A stretch of DNA of 43,898 nt. It comes from Acidimicrobiales bacterium. GTDB taxonomy: Bacteria; Actinomycetota; Acidimicrobiia; Acidimicrobiales; CADCTF01. A program made the translations under genes and the position numbers. Shown here piece after piece: positions 19,775-28,121 of this stretch. The notes below the pieces were generated by a model. The model worked only from the letters and a program-made list of their open reading frames with translations, made no database searches and had not been told where the DNA came from. Positions within the stretch are counted from its first letter, which is position 1; each line of letters begins with the position of its first letter. The stretch is taken from contig JBKJKM010000148.1 in the NCBI GenBank assembly GCA_046597375.1, forward strand, positions 1 through 43,898. The letters are read 5' to 3'.

Positions 19775-21180
19775 TACGTCGGGCCTCCGCCGGCCGTCGG
19801 TGGTGCAACGATGTCGTCGGCCACCAGTTCCATGAGCTGATCGTTGGTCGGGTCGGCGACGGTGACCAGTCGGGTGGCCTGGTGGGCCATGGCCGACTCG
19901 AAGAGGTTGCGGGCGATGCGCCCGTTGCCGAACCCCTTGTCGCGGGCCTGGCCGTCAAAGAAAGCTTTGGCCGCGGTCCTAGCCCCTGAGGTGAACGTGT
20001 ACGAGGACTTCTTGCACATGGATTCGACGATGGCCAGCAGTTCGTCGCTCGAGTAGTCGGGAAAGTGGATCGTGCGCGGGAATCGTGAACGCAGTCCGGG
20101 GTTCGACTCGATGAAGGCGTGCATCTCGTCGGGGTAGCCGGCAGCGATCACCGCGACATCGTCACGGTGGTCCTCGATGAGCTTCACCAGGGTGTCCGTC
20201 GCTTCCTTGCCGAAGTCGTTGTCGCCGCCGCGGTTGAGCGCATAGGCCTCGTCGATCAACAGGATGCCGCCGAGCGCCGAGTCGAACACTTCGGTGACCT
20301 TGAGGGCGGTCTGGCCGACGAAGCCGGCCACGAGCCCGGCCCGGTCGGTCTCCACCAAGTGGCCCTTGTCGACGATCTTGAGCGTGCGGTAGATCTGCGC
20401 CAGCAGTCGGGCGACCGTCGTCTTGCCCGTGCCCGGGTTGCCCGTGAAGACGAGGTGCCGGCTCGACTCCACGACCGGGAGGCCTCGCTCCTTGCGGAGG
20501 TTCTGGATCTGGAGGAGGTTGGTGACGAGCTTGATCTCGGCCTTGACCGGAGCCAACCCGACCAAGCCGTCGAGCTCGGCCAGCAGCTCCTCGAGGGGGC
20601 GCGCCGGTTCTTGTGGCGCCACGGGAGGACGAGCTGCAGCAGCGTCGCTGGCCGGCTGCCCGACAGGCCCACCCGGGCGGGCCACGCCGCCGCGGTCGAT
20701 TGATCGCAGTAGGACGCTGCGGAAACGTTCGAGGCCGGCGAGCTCGGCCTCACTGGGTACGGCGTCCGTGGCGCACACCGTGTGGGCCAAAGACATAGCC
20801 AACTCGTAGTAGCGCCAGGCGTTGGCGGTGCCTGCTCGACGGTCCGTCTCGACGAGGATGTCGAAGAGCAGCGATGGCGCCGCCAGCCAGGCCCGCTTCC
20901 CGACAACCAACTGCGCATCGCGGACGTCGTCTGGCGTGGCTCGGCCGAGCATGGTGCTCATGTGCGGTGCGAAAGCAGCAATGAAGGCCCAGAGCTCGGC
21001 GTCGGTCTGGCGACTGTCAACGTCGATGAACGCCGCAACGAGGTTGTAGGCCTCGTTGAGCACGTCGGTCTCGGGCTTGGACTTCGGCGCCCCCGGGATG
21101 ATGTCGCCGGCAATCCCCGCAAGGACCGGAGTCAACACTTCGACGAACCGCCGGACCGGCGCCTCCAGCAGATCGGACAT
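19774..21180 (-). CDS. AAA+ ATPase of the CbbX/SpoVK/EccA type with TerB-like N-terminal domain
   Basis: Walker A GNPGTGKT, LVAGFVGQT, Walker B ILLIDEAY, DFGKEA, NPGLRSRF, FGNGR. Two TerB-like motifs (IDVDSRQTDAEL; CATDAVPSEAEL). ATG 21180 with GAGGG RBS. Confidence 0.85.
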   Translation of the reverse strand: MSDLLEAPVRRFVEVLTPVLAGIAGDIIPGAPKSKPETDVLNEAYNLVAAFIDVDSRQTDAELWAFIAAFAPHMSTMLGRATPDDVRDAQLVVGKRAWLAAPSLLFDILVETDRRAGTANAWRYYELAMSLAHTVCATDAVPSEAELAGLERFRSVLLRSIDRGGVARPGGPVGQPASDAAAARPPVAPQEPARPLEELLAELDGLVGLAPVKAEIKLVTNLLQIQNLRKERGLPVVESSRHLVFTGNPGTGKTTVARLLAQIYRTLKIVDKGHLVETDRAGLVAGFVGQTALKVTEVFDSALGGILLIDEAYALNRGGDNDFGKEATDTLVKLIEDHRDDVAVIAAGYPDEMHAFIESNPGLRSRFPRTIHFPDYSSDELLAIVESMCKKSSYTFTSGARTAAKAFFDGQARDKGFGNGRIARNLFESAMAHQATRLVTVADPTNDQLMELVADDIVAPPTAGGGPT

Positions 21181-21187
21181 GTCGCCC

Positions 21188-21742
21188 TCAGTCTGCCCGC
21201 TCGGCCGATTGCAACCGACCCACGGCGAGGCGCGCCAACTCCTCGGCGGCGGCGCGAATCGCCGATGTCGGGTTGGCGGCCACTTCGAAGGTGAGGTACG
21301 ACCTCTCGGCCAGGACGTGAAGTGTCCCCTCCTCCTCGACGAAGAGGGCGACGTCACCGAGCCCGTCGACGGCGGTGGCGTCCGGGTGGTCGCTGCGAAC
21401 CGCACCGAAGCGGGCGGCGGCGCTGAACCCGGTGCGGCGAACGGCGCCGGCCATATCGTCGGTACGAACGAGCTCGATCAGCACAGCCCGGACGTCGTCG
21501 GATCGCGACCAAGCGCACCCGCTGCGACCGGCGAGCGTGTCCGTGGCCGACTCAGCCCGGGCGGGCGCGGCAACCGGCCCACCGAGCACTCGAGCCACCT
21601 CGCTCCTGTGGTGGAGTTCGCAGGCCGTGAGAGTTGCCGGCCGGGTGGGCTGCTCGTCGCTGCACGCACCTGTCGAGAGGAGCCCGACGGCCACGGCCAC
21701 CGCGAACACCCGCCGGTATCGTTGGCGGATGGCCGACCCCAC
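21188..21742 (-). CDS. Putative lipoprotein (DUF3558-like)
   Basis: RQRYRR-hydrophobic-STGAC signal; ACEL...EV..VLG, GCAW and VDGLGD.A motifs. Start uncertain (GTG 21742 or 21709). Confidence 0.65.
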   Translation of the reverse strand: MGSAIRQRYRRVFAVAVAVGLLSTGACSDEQPTRPATLTACELHHRSEVARVLGGPVAAPARAESATDTLAGRSGCAWSRSDDVRAVLIELVRTDDMAGAVRRTGFSAAARFGAVRSDHPDATAVDGLGDVALFVEEEGTLHVLAERSYLTFEVAANPTSAIRAAAEELARLAVGRLQSAERAD

Positions 21743-22985
21743 GAATGCCAGCCTCGCAGAGCTCGGGCGGCGGGCCAAAGCTGCCTCACGGCCCCTCGCC
21801 CTGGCCTCGACCGCCACCAAGGACGCCGCCCTCCTGGCCGCCGCCGATCTCCTCGAGCAGCGGTCGGCCGACGTCGTGCGGGCCAACGCCGCCGACGTCG
21901 AGCGGGCCGAGCGGGCGGACACCTCCTCCACGGTCGTCGACCGGCTACGACTCGACAATGCGCGGGTGACAGCCATGGCGGAAGGACTGCGCGACGTCGC
22001 CGCGCTCGCCGATCCGGTGGGCCAGGTCATCGAGGGTTGGAACCGCCCCAACGGACTCCACATCGACCGTGTACGGGTACCGCTCGGCGTCGTGGGGATC
22101 ATCTACGAGAACCGCCCCAACGTCACGAGTGACGCTGCCGCGTTGTGCGTCAAGAGTGGCAACGTCGCCTTCCTGCGCGGCTCCTCCGCCGCCATCACCT
22201 CGAACCAGGCCATTTCCGCGGTCCTCCGAGAGGGCTTCTCCAAGGCGGGCCTCCCCGAGGACGCGCTCGTCCTGGTGGAAGACACGTCGCGAGAGTCCGC
22301 TATCGATTTCATGCGTCTGCGCGGGATCATCGACTGCTTGATCCCTCGAGGCGGCCCTTCGCTGATCGCCGCCATCCTCGAGAACGCAACCGTGCCGTAC
22401 GTGATCGACGGCGACGGGAATTGCCACGTGTACGTCGATGCTTCGGCCGACCTGCACATGGCCTTGTCGATCGTCCGAAACGCCAAGACCTCCCGGCCCT
22501 CGGTGTGCAATGCGGCCGAGTCGCTCGTGTTGCATGCGGACATCGCCGAGCGCTTCCTGTCGGCGGCCGAACATGCCCTCGAGGACGTCGAACTGGTGGG
22601 CGACGACGCGGCGCGCCGGCTTCTGCCGTCGATAGGTGTGGCCACCGACGACGACTGGGGCACAGAGTTCCTCGACCTCAAGATGTCCGTGGCCGTCGTG
22701 GCGTCGCTCGAGGCCGCCATCGACCACGTCAACCGCTACGGGTCGGGCCACTCCGAAGCCATCATCACCTCGGATCTGGCGGCGGCCCGCCGATTCACGA
22801 CCGAGGTCGATGCGGCGGCGGTGGTGGTGAACGCTTCGACCCGCTTCGTCGATGGCGCCGAGTTCGGATTCGGGGCCGAGATCGGCATCTCCACCCAGAA
22901 GCTCCACGCCCGGGGCCCCATGGGACTTCGTGAGCTCACGACCACCAAGTACGTGGTCACCGGAGACGGCCAGATCCGAACCTGA
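21729..22985 (+). CDS. proA: Gamma-glutamyl phosphate reductase
   Basis: PLGVVGIIYENRPNVT, GNCHVYVD, CNAAE, NASTRF.DG.EFG.GAEIGISTQKLHARGPMGL; TATCGT -10 6 nt before ATG 21729. Confidence 0.97.
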   Translation: MADPTNASLAELGRRAKAASRPLALASTATKDAALLAAADLLEQRSADVVRANAADVERAERADTSSTVVDRLRLDNARVTAMAEGLRDVAALADPVGQVIEGWNRPNGLHIDRVRVPLGVVGIIYENRPNVTSDAAALCVKSGNVAFLRGSSAAITSNQAISAVLREGFSKAGLPEDALVLVEDTSRESAIDFMRLRGIIDCLIPRGGPSLIAAILENATVPYVIDGDGNCHVYVDASADLHMALSIVRNAKTSRPSVCNAAESLVLHADIAERFLSAAEHALEDVELVGDDAARRLLPSIGVATDDDWGTEFLDLKMSVAVVASLEAAIDHVNRYGSGHSEAIITSDLAAARRFTTEVDAAAVVVNASTRFVDGAEFGFGAEIGISTQKLHARGPMGLRELTTTKYVVTGDGQIRT

Positions 22986-23012
22986 CGGCGTCGTCGGCGG
23001 TGGAGCGACAAA

Positions 23013-23044
23013 CTTGACCGCCCGGTCAAGGCGACCGTTAGAGT
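23013..23044 (+). promoter_or_regulatory. Palindromic operator and promoter of the MoxR-vWA operon
   Basis: Perfect CTTGACCG-CC-CGGTCAAG (23013-23030) containing TTGACC; TAGAGT at 23039-23044, 6 nt before ATG. Confidence 0.65.
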
Positions 23045-23050
23045 CTCGAA

Positions 23051-23941
23051 ATGGCTGACCATCGCTTCGAGTCCGTCCCCGCCGTCCGCGAGGGTCTCCA
23101 GGGCGTCGACTACCTCGCCGATGAGGGCATCTCTGGCGTCGTCTACCTCGCCGACCGGCTCCAGAAGCCGATCCTGGTCGAGGGTCCGGCCGGCACCGGC
23201 AAGACGGAGCTCGCCAAGAGCGTCGCCCGTATGACGGGCGCCCGGCTGATCCGACTCCAGTGCTACGAGGGCCTCGACGAGTCGAAGGCGCTCTACGAGT
23301 GGAACTACAAGAAGCAGCTCCTGCGCATCCAGGCCCAGCGCGTCGTCGAAGAGGGCGGCACCGGCAACTGGACGGACATCGAGGAGGACATTTTCTCCGA
23401 CGAGTTCCTCCTCACCCGCCCCCTCCTCGAGGCCATCACCGCCACGGAGCCGGTCGTCCTGCTCATCGACGAGGTCGACCGTGTCGAAATCGAGACCGAA
23501 GCGCTCCTCCTCGAGATCCTCTCCGACTACCAGGTCTCGATCCCCGAACTCGGCACCATCGAGGCCAAGCAGATCCCGCTCGTGTTCCTCACCTCCAACA
23601 ACACCCGTGAGCTCTCTGAGGCCCTCAAGCGCCGTTGCCTGTACCTCCACCTCGACTACCCGACACTCGAGCGTGAAAAAGAGATCGTTCTCACCCGGGT
23701 GCCCGATGTGAGCGACCACCTGGCTGATCAGATCGTGCGCATCGTGCGCTCCATCCGGTCGATCGAGCTGAAGAAGCACCCGTCGGTCTCCGAGACGATC
23801 GACTGGGCTCGCACCCTCGTGCTCCTTGGCATCGAGAACATCGACGCCGAGCAGGCGAAAGAGACGTTGCACATCCTGCTCAAGTACCAGTCGGACATCA
23901 CCAAGGCGACCAAGGAACTCAGCACCAACGGCGCCAGGTAG
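23051..23941 (+). CDS. MoxR-family AAA+ ATPase (CoxD-like)
   Basis: EGPAGTGKT, IRLQCYEGLD..KALYEWNY, LLIDEVD, LTSN.TRELSEALKRRC. Confidence 0.93.
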   Translation: MADHRFESVPAVREGLQGVDYLADEGISGVVYLADRLQKPILVEGPAGTGKTELAKSVARMTGARLIRLQCYEGLDESKALYEWNYKKQLLRIQAQRVVEEGGTGNWTDIEEDIFSDEFLLTRPLLEAITATEPVVLLIDEVDRVEIETEALLLEILSDYQVSIPELGTIEAKQIPLVFLTSNNTRELSEALKRRCLYLHLDYPTLEREKEIVLTRVPDVSDHLADQIVRIVRSIRSIELKKHPSVSETIDWARTLVLLGIENIDAEQAKETLHILLKYQSDITKATKELSTNGAR

Positions 23942-23949
23942 CCGGACCG

Positions 23950-25377
23950 ATGCTCGACCTGCTCGCCGGCTTCATCGTCGAGCTCCGCAACGCCGGCCTG
24001 CCGGTGTCGTTGACGGAGAACCTCGACGCCATGGAGGCCATCAAGCACATCCCCCTCGAGGACCGCGACGCTTTCAAGTACGCGCTCGCCGCCACGCTCG
24101 TGAAGAACAACGGGCACTGGAAGACGTTCGAGACCGTCTTCGAGGTGTACTTCTCCATGCGGGGCCCGCACTACAAGATCGCCGACCTCGATGCCGACGA
24201 CGAGAAGCTCAGCGAGATGATCGCCGAGATGATGGGCCAACAGCAGCAGGCCGGTGGCGGTATGGAGGGCATGACGCCAGAGGAGCTGGCCGAGATGCTC
24301 TACAAGGCGATCATGAATGCCGACGAGGGCATGATGCGGGCCATCGCCCGTCAAGCGGTGCAGCGCTTCTCCGGGATGGAGCCGGGTCGCCCCGTCGGCG
24401 GGACCTATTACCTGTACCGAACGCTGCGGAACCTCGACCTCGACGGCGTGTTGGAAAAGCTCCTCACCCAGGCCCAGAACGAAGCCGACGGTGGGATGAC
24501 CGACCTCGAGGAGCGGCTCGTCCGCGACGAGTACGAAGACCGCATCGACAAGATGAAGAAAGAAATCGAGGCGGAGATCCGCCGGCGGTTGGTGGCCGAC
24601 CGGGGCGCCGAGGCGATGGCCAAGACGCTTCGCAAGCCGCTCCCCGAAGAGGTCGACTTCATGCACGCCTCGCGTGAGGAGCTGACGATGCTGCGGCGGG
24701 CGATCTATCCGCTCACCCGCAAGCTCGCCGTGCGACTGGCCCGGAAGCGGCGCCACGGCCGCAAGGGACCGCTCGATTTCCGCAACACCGTGCGGCACTC
24801 GTTGTCCTACGGCGGCGTGCCGGCGGAGCCCAAGTTCAAGTACCCCCGACCCTCGAAGCCCGAGATCGTCATCATCGCCGACATCTCCGGTTCGGTCGCC
24901 GCCTTCGCCCGCTTCACCCTGCAGTTCGTTTATGCCATCTCGTCGCAGTTCTCGAAGGTGCGGGCGTTCGTGTTCATCGACGGCATCGACGAGGTCACGT
25001 CCTACTTCGAGGGTGTCGAGGACGTGATGGAGGCGGTTCACCGCATCAACACCGAGGCCGACGTCATCTGGGTCGACGGCCACTCCGACTACGGCCACGC
25101 CTTCGAGACGTTCTGGAGCAAGTGGGGCAAGGAGATCACCAAGAAGTCGTCGGTGATCTTCCTCGGCGACGCCCGGAACAATTACCACGCGTCCCAGGCT
25201 TGGGTCGTGAAGGAAGTCGAGCAGCGGGCCCGCCACGTGTACTGGCTCAATCCCGAGCCCAAGGCCTATTGGGACACCGGCGATTCCATCGTGTCGGAGT
25301 ACGGCGCCCACTGCGACGGCGTCTTCGAGTGCCGCAACCTCAAACAACTCGAGAAGTTCGTCGAGCAACTCGCCTAA
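23950..25377 (+). CDS. vWA domain protein (CoxE-like)
   Basis: DFRNTVRHSL..GG.P, DISGS MIDAS, SDYG, GDARNNY, WLNPE; follows MoxR. Confidence 0.9.
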   Translation: MLDLLAGFIVELRNAGLPVSLTENLDAMEAIKHIPLEDRDAFKYALAATLVKNNGHWKTFETVFEVYFSMRGPHYKIADLDADDEKLSEMIAEMMGQQQQAGGGMEGMTPEELAEMLYKAIMNADEGMMRAIARQAVQRFSGMEPGRPVGGTYYLYRTLRNLDLDGVLEKLLTQAQNEADGGMTDLEERLVRDEYEDRIDKMKKEIEAEIRRRLVADRGAEAMAKTLRKPLPEEVDFMHASREELTMLRRAIYPLTRKLAVRLARKRRHGRKGPLDFRNTVRHSLSYGGVPAEPKFKYPRPSKPEIVIIADISGSVAAFARFTLQFVYAISSQFSKVRAFVFIDGIDEVTSYFEGVEDVMEAVHRINTEADVIWVDGHSDYGHAFETFWSKWGKEITKKSSVIFLGDARNNYHASQAWVVKEVEQRARHVYWLNPEPKAYWDTGDSIVSEYGAHCDGVFECRNLKQLEKFVEQLA

Positions 25378-25380
25378 TTA

Positions 25381-25492
25381 TTGGCCTCGCTCTGCGGCGC
25401 CGCCCTGTCACTGGCCTCGCTCTGCGGCGACGCCCTTCGGGCTGGGGCCTTGCCGCTCGGCTGGCGGCCGCTCGCTGGCGCTCCCGACGCCG
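25381..25492. repeat. Dispersed intergenic repeat, copy 2, with tandem duplication of its first 30 bp
   Basis: 25381-25410 and 25411-25440 are near-identical 30-mers; 25409-25492 matches 4759-4866. Confidence 0.85.
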
Positions 25493-25498
25493 GGTGGG

Positions 25499-25966
25499 CT
25501 AGCTGGGTCGGAGGTGTGGGGGGAAGCCGCCGGTGGCGATGGGGCCCCACCGTTGCGGCGTCACGCGGATGAGGCACTTGCCCTGGCGTTGCATGGCGGC
25601 GCGGTACTCGTCCCAGTCGCTGTGCTCTCCGGAGATGCAGCGGAAGTAGTCGACCAGCGGCTCGAGGGCCTCGGGGAGGTCGAGCACCTCGGCCTCGCCG
25701 TCGACCTGCACCCACGCCCCGTCCCACTCGTCGCTTATGACGAGGGCGGACACGGAGCGGTCACGCCGCAGGTTCCGCACCTTGTCCCGCTCCGGATATG
25801 TGGCGACGACGAGACGGTCGGCGGCGTCGACGCCGCCGGTGACGGGCGACGTCTGGGGCGATCCGTCTCGCCGTCGAGTCGTGAGTAGGACGCGGTGGCG
25901 GGGTCGGAGGAACGCCACCAACTCGTCCCGGGCCACGATCGTGTTGGTGGCAATGGTGGGCGGCAC
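25499..25966 (-). CDS. PPOX-class F420-dependent oxidoreductase
   Basis: LTTRRRDGSPQTSPV, K.RNLRRD..VS, WVQVDG.AE, EH.DWDEYR.AM; GTG 25966 with TAGGAT -10. Confidence 0.88.
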   Translation of the reverse strand: MPPTIATNTIVARDELVAFLRPRHRVLLTTRRRDGSPQTSPVTGGVDAADRLVVATYPERDKVRNLRRDRSVSALVISDEWDGAWVQVDGEAEVLDLPEALEPLVDYFRCISGEHSDWDEYRAAMQRQGKCLIRVTPQRWGPIATGGFPPHLRPS

Positions 25967-25973
25967 AGCGCGG

Positions 25974-25983
25974 ATCCTAGGGT
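25974..25983. promoter_or_regulatory. Overlapping divergent -10 boxes (bidirectional leaderless promoter)
   Basis: ATCCTAGGGT: minus-strand TAGGAT is 7 nt from GTG 25966; plus-strand TAGGGT is 7 nt from GTG 25991. Confidence 0.6.
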
Positions 25984-25990
25984 CGGGGTC

Positions 25991-26836
25991 GTGCAAATGA
26001 ACGCTGGCCTCACCGTCGACCCCGTCAGCGGGACCATCGGTGCAGAGATCGGTGGCGTCGACCTCAGCGAGCCGCTCGACGATGACACTGTTGGTGCCAT
26101 CCGAAGGGCCTTTCTCGACCACCACGTCGTGTTCTTCCGCGACCAGGACCTCTCGCCCGACACGCTGCGGCGCTTCGGCCGTCAGTTCGGCGAGCTCGAC
26201 ACCCATCCCTTCGTCGAGGGCATGGATTCGCATCCCGAGGTGATCGAGGTCGTCACCGAGCCCGACGACCGGTTCAATTTCGGAGGCGGCTGGCACACGG
26301 ATGTCACGTTCCTGGAGGAACCGGACCTGGGGTCGATCCTCCAGGCCGTCGACGTACCGTCCGTCGGCGGGGACACCCTGTTCGCCAATCAGCACCTGGC
26401 GTACGAGACGCTCTCCGACACGATGCGGGCGGTGATCGACCCGCTCGTCGCCATCCACTCGGCGGGGCCCCAGTACGCCGAGGGCGGCTATTCCACGAAG
26501 TCGAGGTCGATGCGCACCAAGAACCCGGATCGCGCCGGCGAAACGGTTCGCCATCCGCTCGTGCGCACCCATCCGGAGACGGGGCGGCGCGGCCTCTACG
26601 TCAACCGGGCCTTCACCACCGGCATCGAGGGGATGCGTCGAGACGAGTCCCAACCGTTGCTCGAGCAGCTCTTCACCCATGCCGTGCGGGAGGCGTTCAC
26701 CTGTCGCTTCCGATGGCGGCCCGGGTCGGTGGCGATGTGGGACAACCGCAGCGTCCAGCACTACGCCCTGTACGACTACCGCGGGTTTCGCCGTCACATG
26801 CGACGCATCACCATCCGCGGCGACCGTCCCGCATGA
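25991..26836 (+). CDS. TauD/TfdA family Fe(II)/2-oxoglutarate dioxygenase
   Basis: GAEIGGVDL, WHTDVT (HxD), GGDTLF, HPLVRTHPETG, WDNRSVQH. Confidence 0.92.
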   Translation: MQMNAGLTVDPVSGTIGAEIGGVDLSEPLDDDTVGAIRRAFLDHHVVFFRDQDLSPDTLRRFGRQFGELDTHPFVEGMDSHPEVIEVVTEPDDRFNFGGGWHTDVTFLEEPDLGSILQAVDVPSVGGDTLFANQHLAYETLSDTMRAVIDPLVAIHSAGPQYAEGGYSTKSRSMRTKNPDRAGETVRHPLVRTHPETGRRGLYVNRAFTTGIEGMRRDESQPLLEQLFTHAVREAFTCRFRWRPGSVAMWDNRSVQHYALYDYRGFRRHMRRITIRGDRPA

Positions 26837-27486
26837 CTCGTCTGGTCCTGGTCCGCCACGGGCAAGCCCAGTCCTACGTCGACGGCATCATCGGCGGTGC
26901 CCGAGGTTGCACCGGGCTCAGCGATCTGGGTCGTCGACAGGTTCGGGCCTTGCACGACCGCCTCGCCCGGACGGGTGAGCTCGGCGACGCCATCGCCCTC
27001 TACGCCAGCACCCTGCCCCGAGCGGTGGAGACGGCCAACGAGATCAGTGCGGCCATTGGAGGCCATGAACCGGCGCAGTCATGCGAGCTGTGTGAGCTGC
27101 ACGTCGACGACCAGCTCGACGCTCGGTCCGTCGAGGACTTCGGCGCCGAGTACGAGTGGCCGCCGACGGATAACCCCTATCTCCCGTGGACGGCCGGTGC
27201 CGAGCCGTGGGCCGACTTCACCCTGCGGATTGGAAGGGAGCTCGATCGCCTCACCACGGCACACGTCGGGGAGACCTTCGTTGTCGTCTGCCACGGTGGC
27301 GTCATCACCGCCGCCCTCTGCTCCCTCGCCGAGCTCCCACTTCGCCAACCGTTCCGCTTGCACATCGACAACACGTCGATGACGGAGTGGCGCCGGGGTC
27401 CTGACGCACGCGGCATCGATCGCTGGACGCTGGTGCGGTTCAACGACGCCGCACACCTTGCCGACCTGGCGGACGGATGGCTGTGA
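26833..27486 (+). CDS. Histidine phosphatase family protein
   Basis: LVRHG, S.L.RA.ETA, CHGGVI, N.AAHL; ATGA overlap with the TauD gene. Confidence 0.9.
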   Translation: MTRLVLVRHGQAQSYVDGIIGGARGCTGLSDLGRRQVRALHDRLARTGELGDAIALYASTLPRAVETANEISAAIGGHEPAQSCELCELHVDDQLDARSVEDFGAEYEWPPTDNPYLPWTAGAEPWADFTLRIGRELDRLTTAHVGETFVVVCHGGVITAALCSLAELPLRQPFRLHIDNTSMTEWRRGPDARGIDRWTLVRFNDAAHLADLADGWL

Positions 27487-28121
27487 CCCGCCTCGTCCTC
27501 GTCCGCCATGGTGAAGCGGAATGCAACGTGGCCAAGCGCTTCGGAGGGCCACTGGGATGCACCGGTCTGTCGGAGGAGGGGCGCCGCCAGGTGGCACTCC
27601 TCCGCGACCGGCTGGCCCGAACTGGTGAGCTCGCCGGCGCCGGCGTGCTCTATGCCAGCACCTTGCTGCGCGCCGTCGAGACGGCGGAGATCCTGAACGA
27701 GGCCCTCGGCGGACTTCCCCTCACGACCGACGAGCGGCTTTGTGAGCTCCACCCCGGCGAGGCCGACAACATGACCTTCGTCGACTACGAGTCGACGTTC
27801 TTCGCCGAGGGGTCGGGCCGCTGGCGGGACGATCCTTCAGTGCCGACCGCTCCCGGGGGAGAGAGCTGGTCGGGGTTCCTCGGCCGTGTGCGCCGCGCTC
27901 TCGTCGATGTCACCGATCGCCATCCCGACCAGACCATCGTGGTGGCGTGCCACGGCGGGGTGGTCGATGCGTCGATGCTGCAGTTCCTGTCGATGGACGA
28001 GGGCTACCGGGCGGCCCGCTTCATCACCGAGAACGCTTCGATGACGGAGTGGACCCGGCGGGGCGAGCGCTGGCGGCTCGTCCGCTACAACGACGCCGCC
28101 CACCTCCACGACGGCGACTAG
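27483..28121 (+). CDS. Histidine phosphatase family protein (tandem paralogue)
   Basis: LVRHGE, CHGGVV, YNDAAHL; GTGA overlap with the previous gene. Confidence 0.9.
   Translation: MTRLVLVRHGEAECNVAKRFGGPLGCTGLSEEGRRQVALLRDRLARTGELAGAGVLYASTLLRAVETAEILNEALGGLPLTTDERLCELHPGEADNMTFVDYESTFFAEGSGRWRDDPSVPTAPGGESWSGFLGRVRRALVDVTDRHPDQTIVVACHGGVVDASMLQFLSMDEGYRAARFITENASMTEWTRRGERWRLVRYNDAAHLHDGD

Noticed and set aside
19774-21180. EccA of a type VII secretion system or CbbX Rubisco activase
   Set aside because: There is no TPR N-domain and no ecc/esx or cbb genes in the window.
15400-21742. PspA cluster as a mobile element
   Set aside because: No integrase, transposase, flanking direct repeats or evident compositional shift was seen.
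25381-25440. Two 30-bp direct repeats as a possible mini-CRISPR
   Set aside because: The units are contiguous with no spacer and there are no cas genes; they belong to the dispersed repeat.
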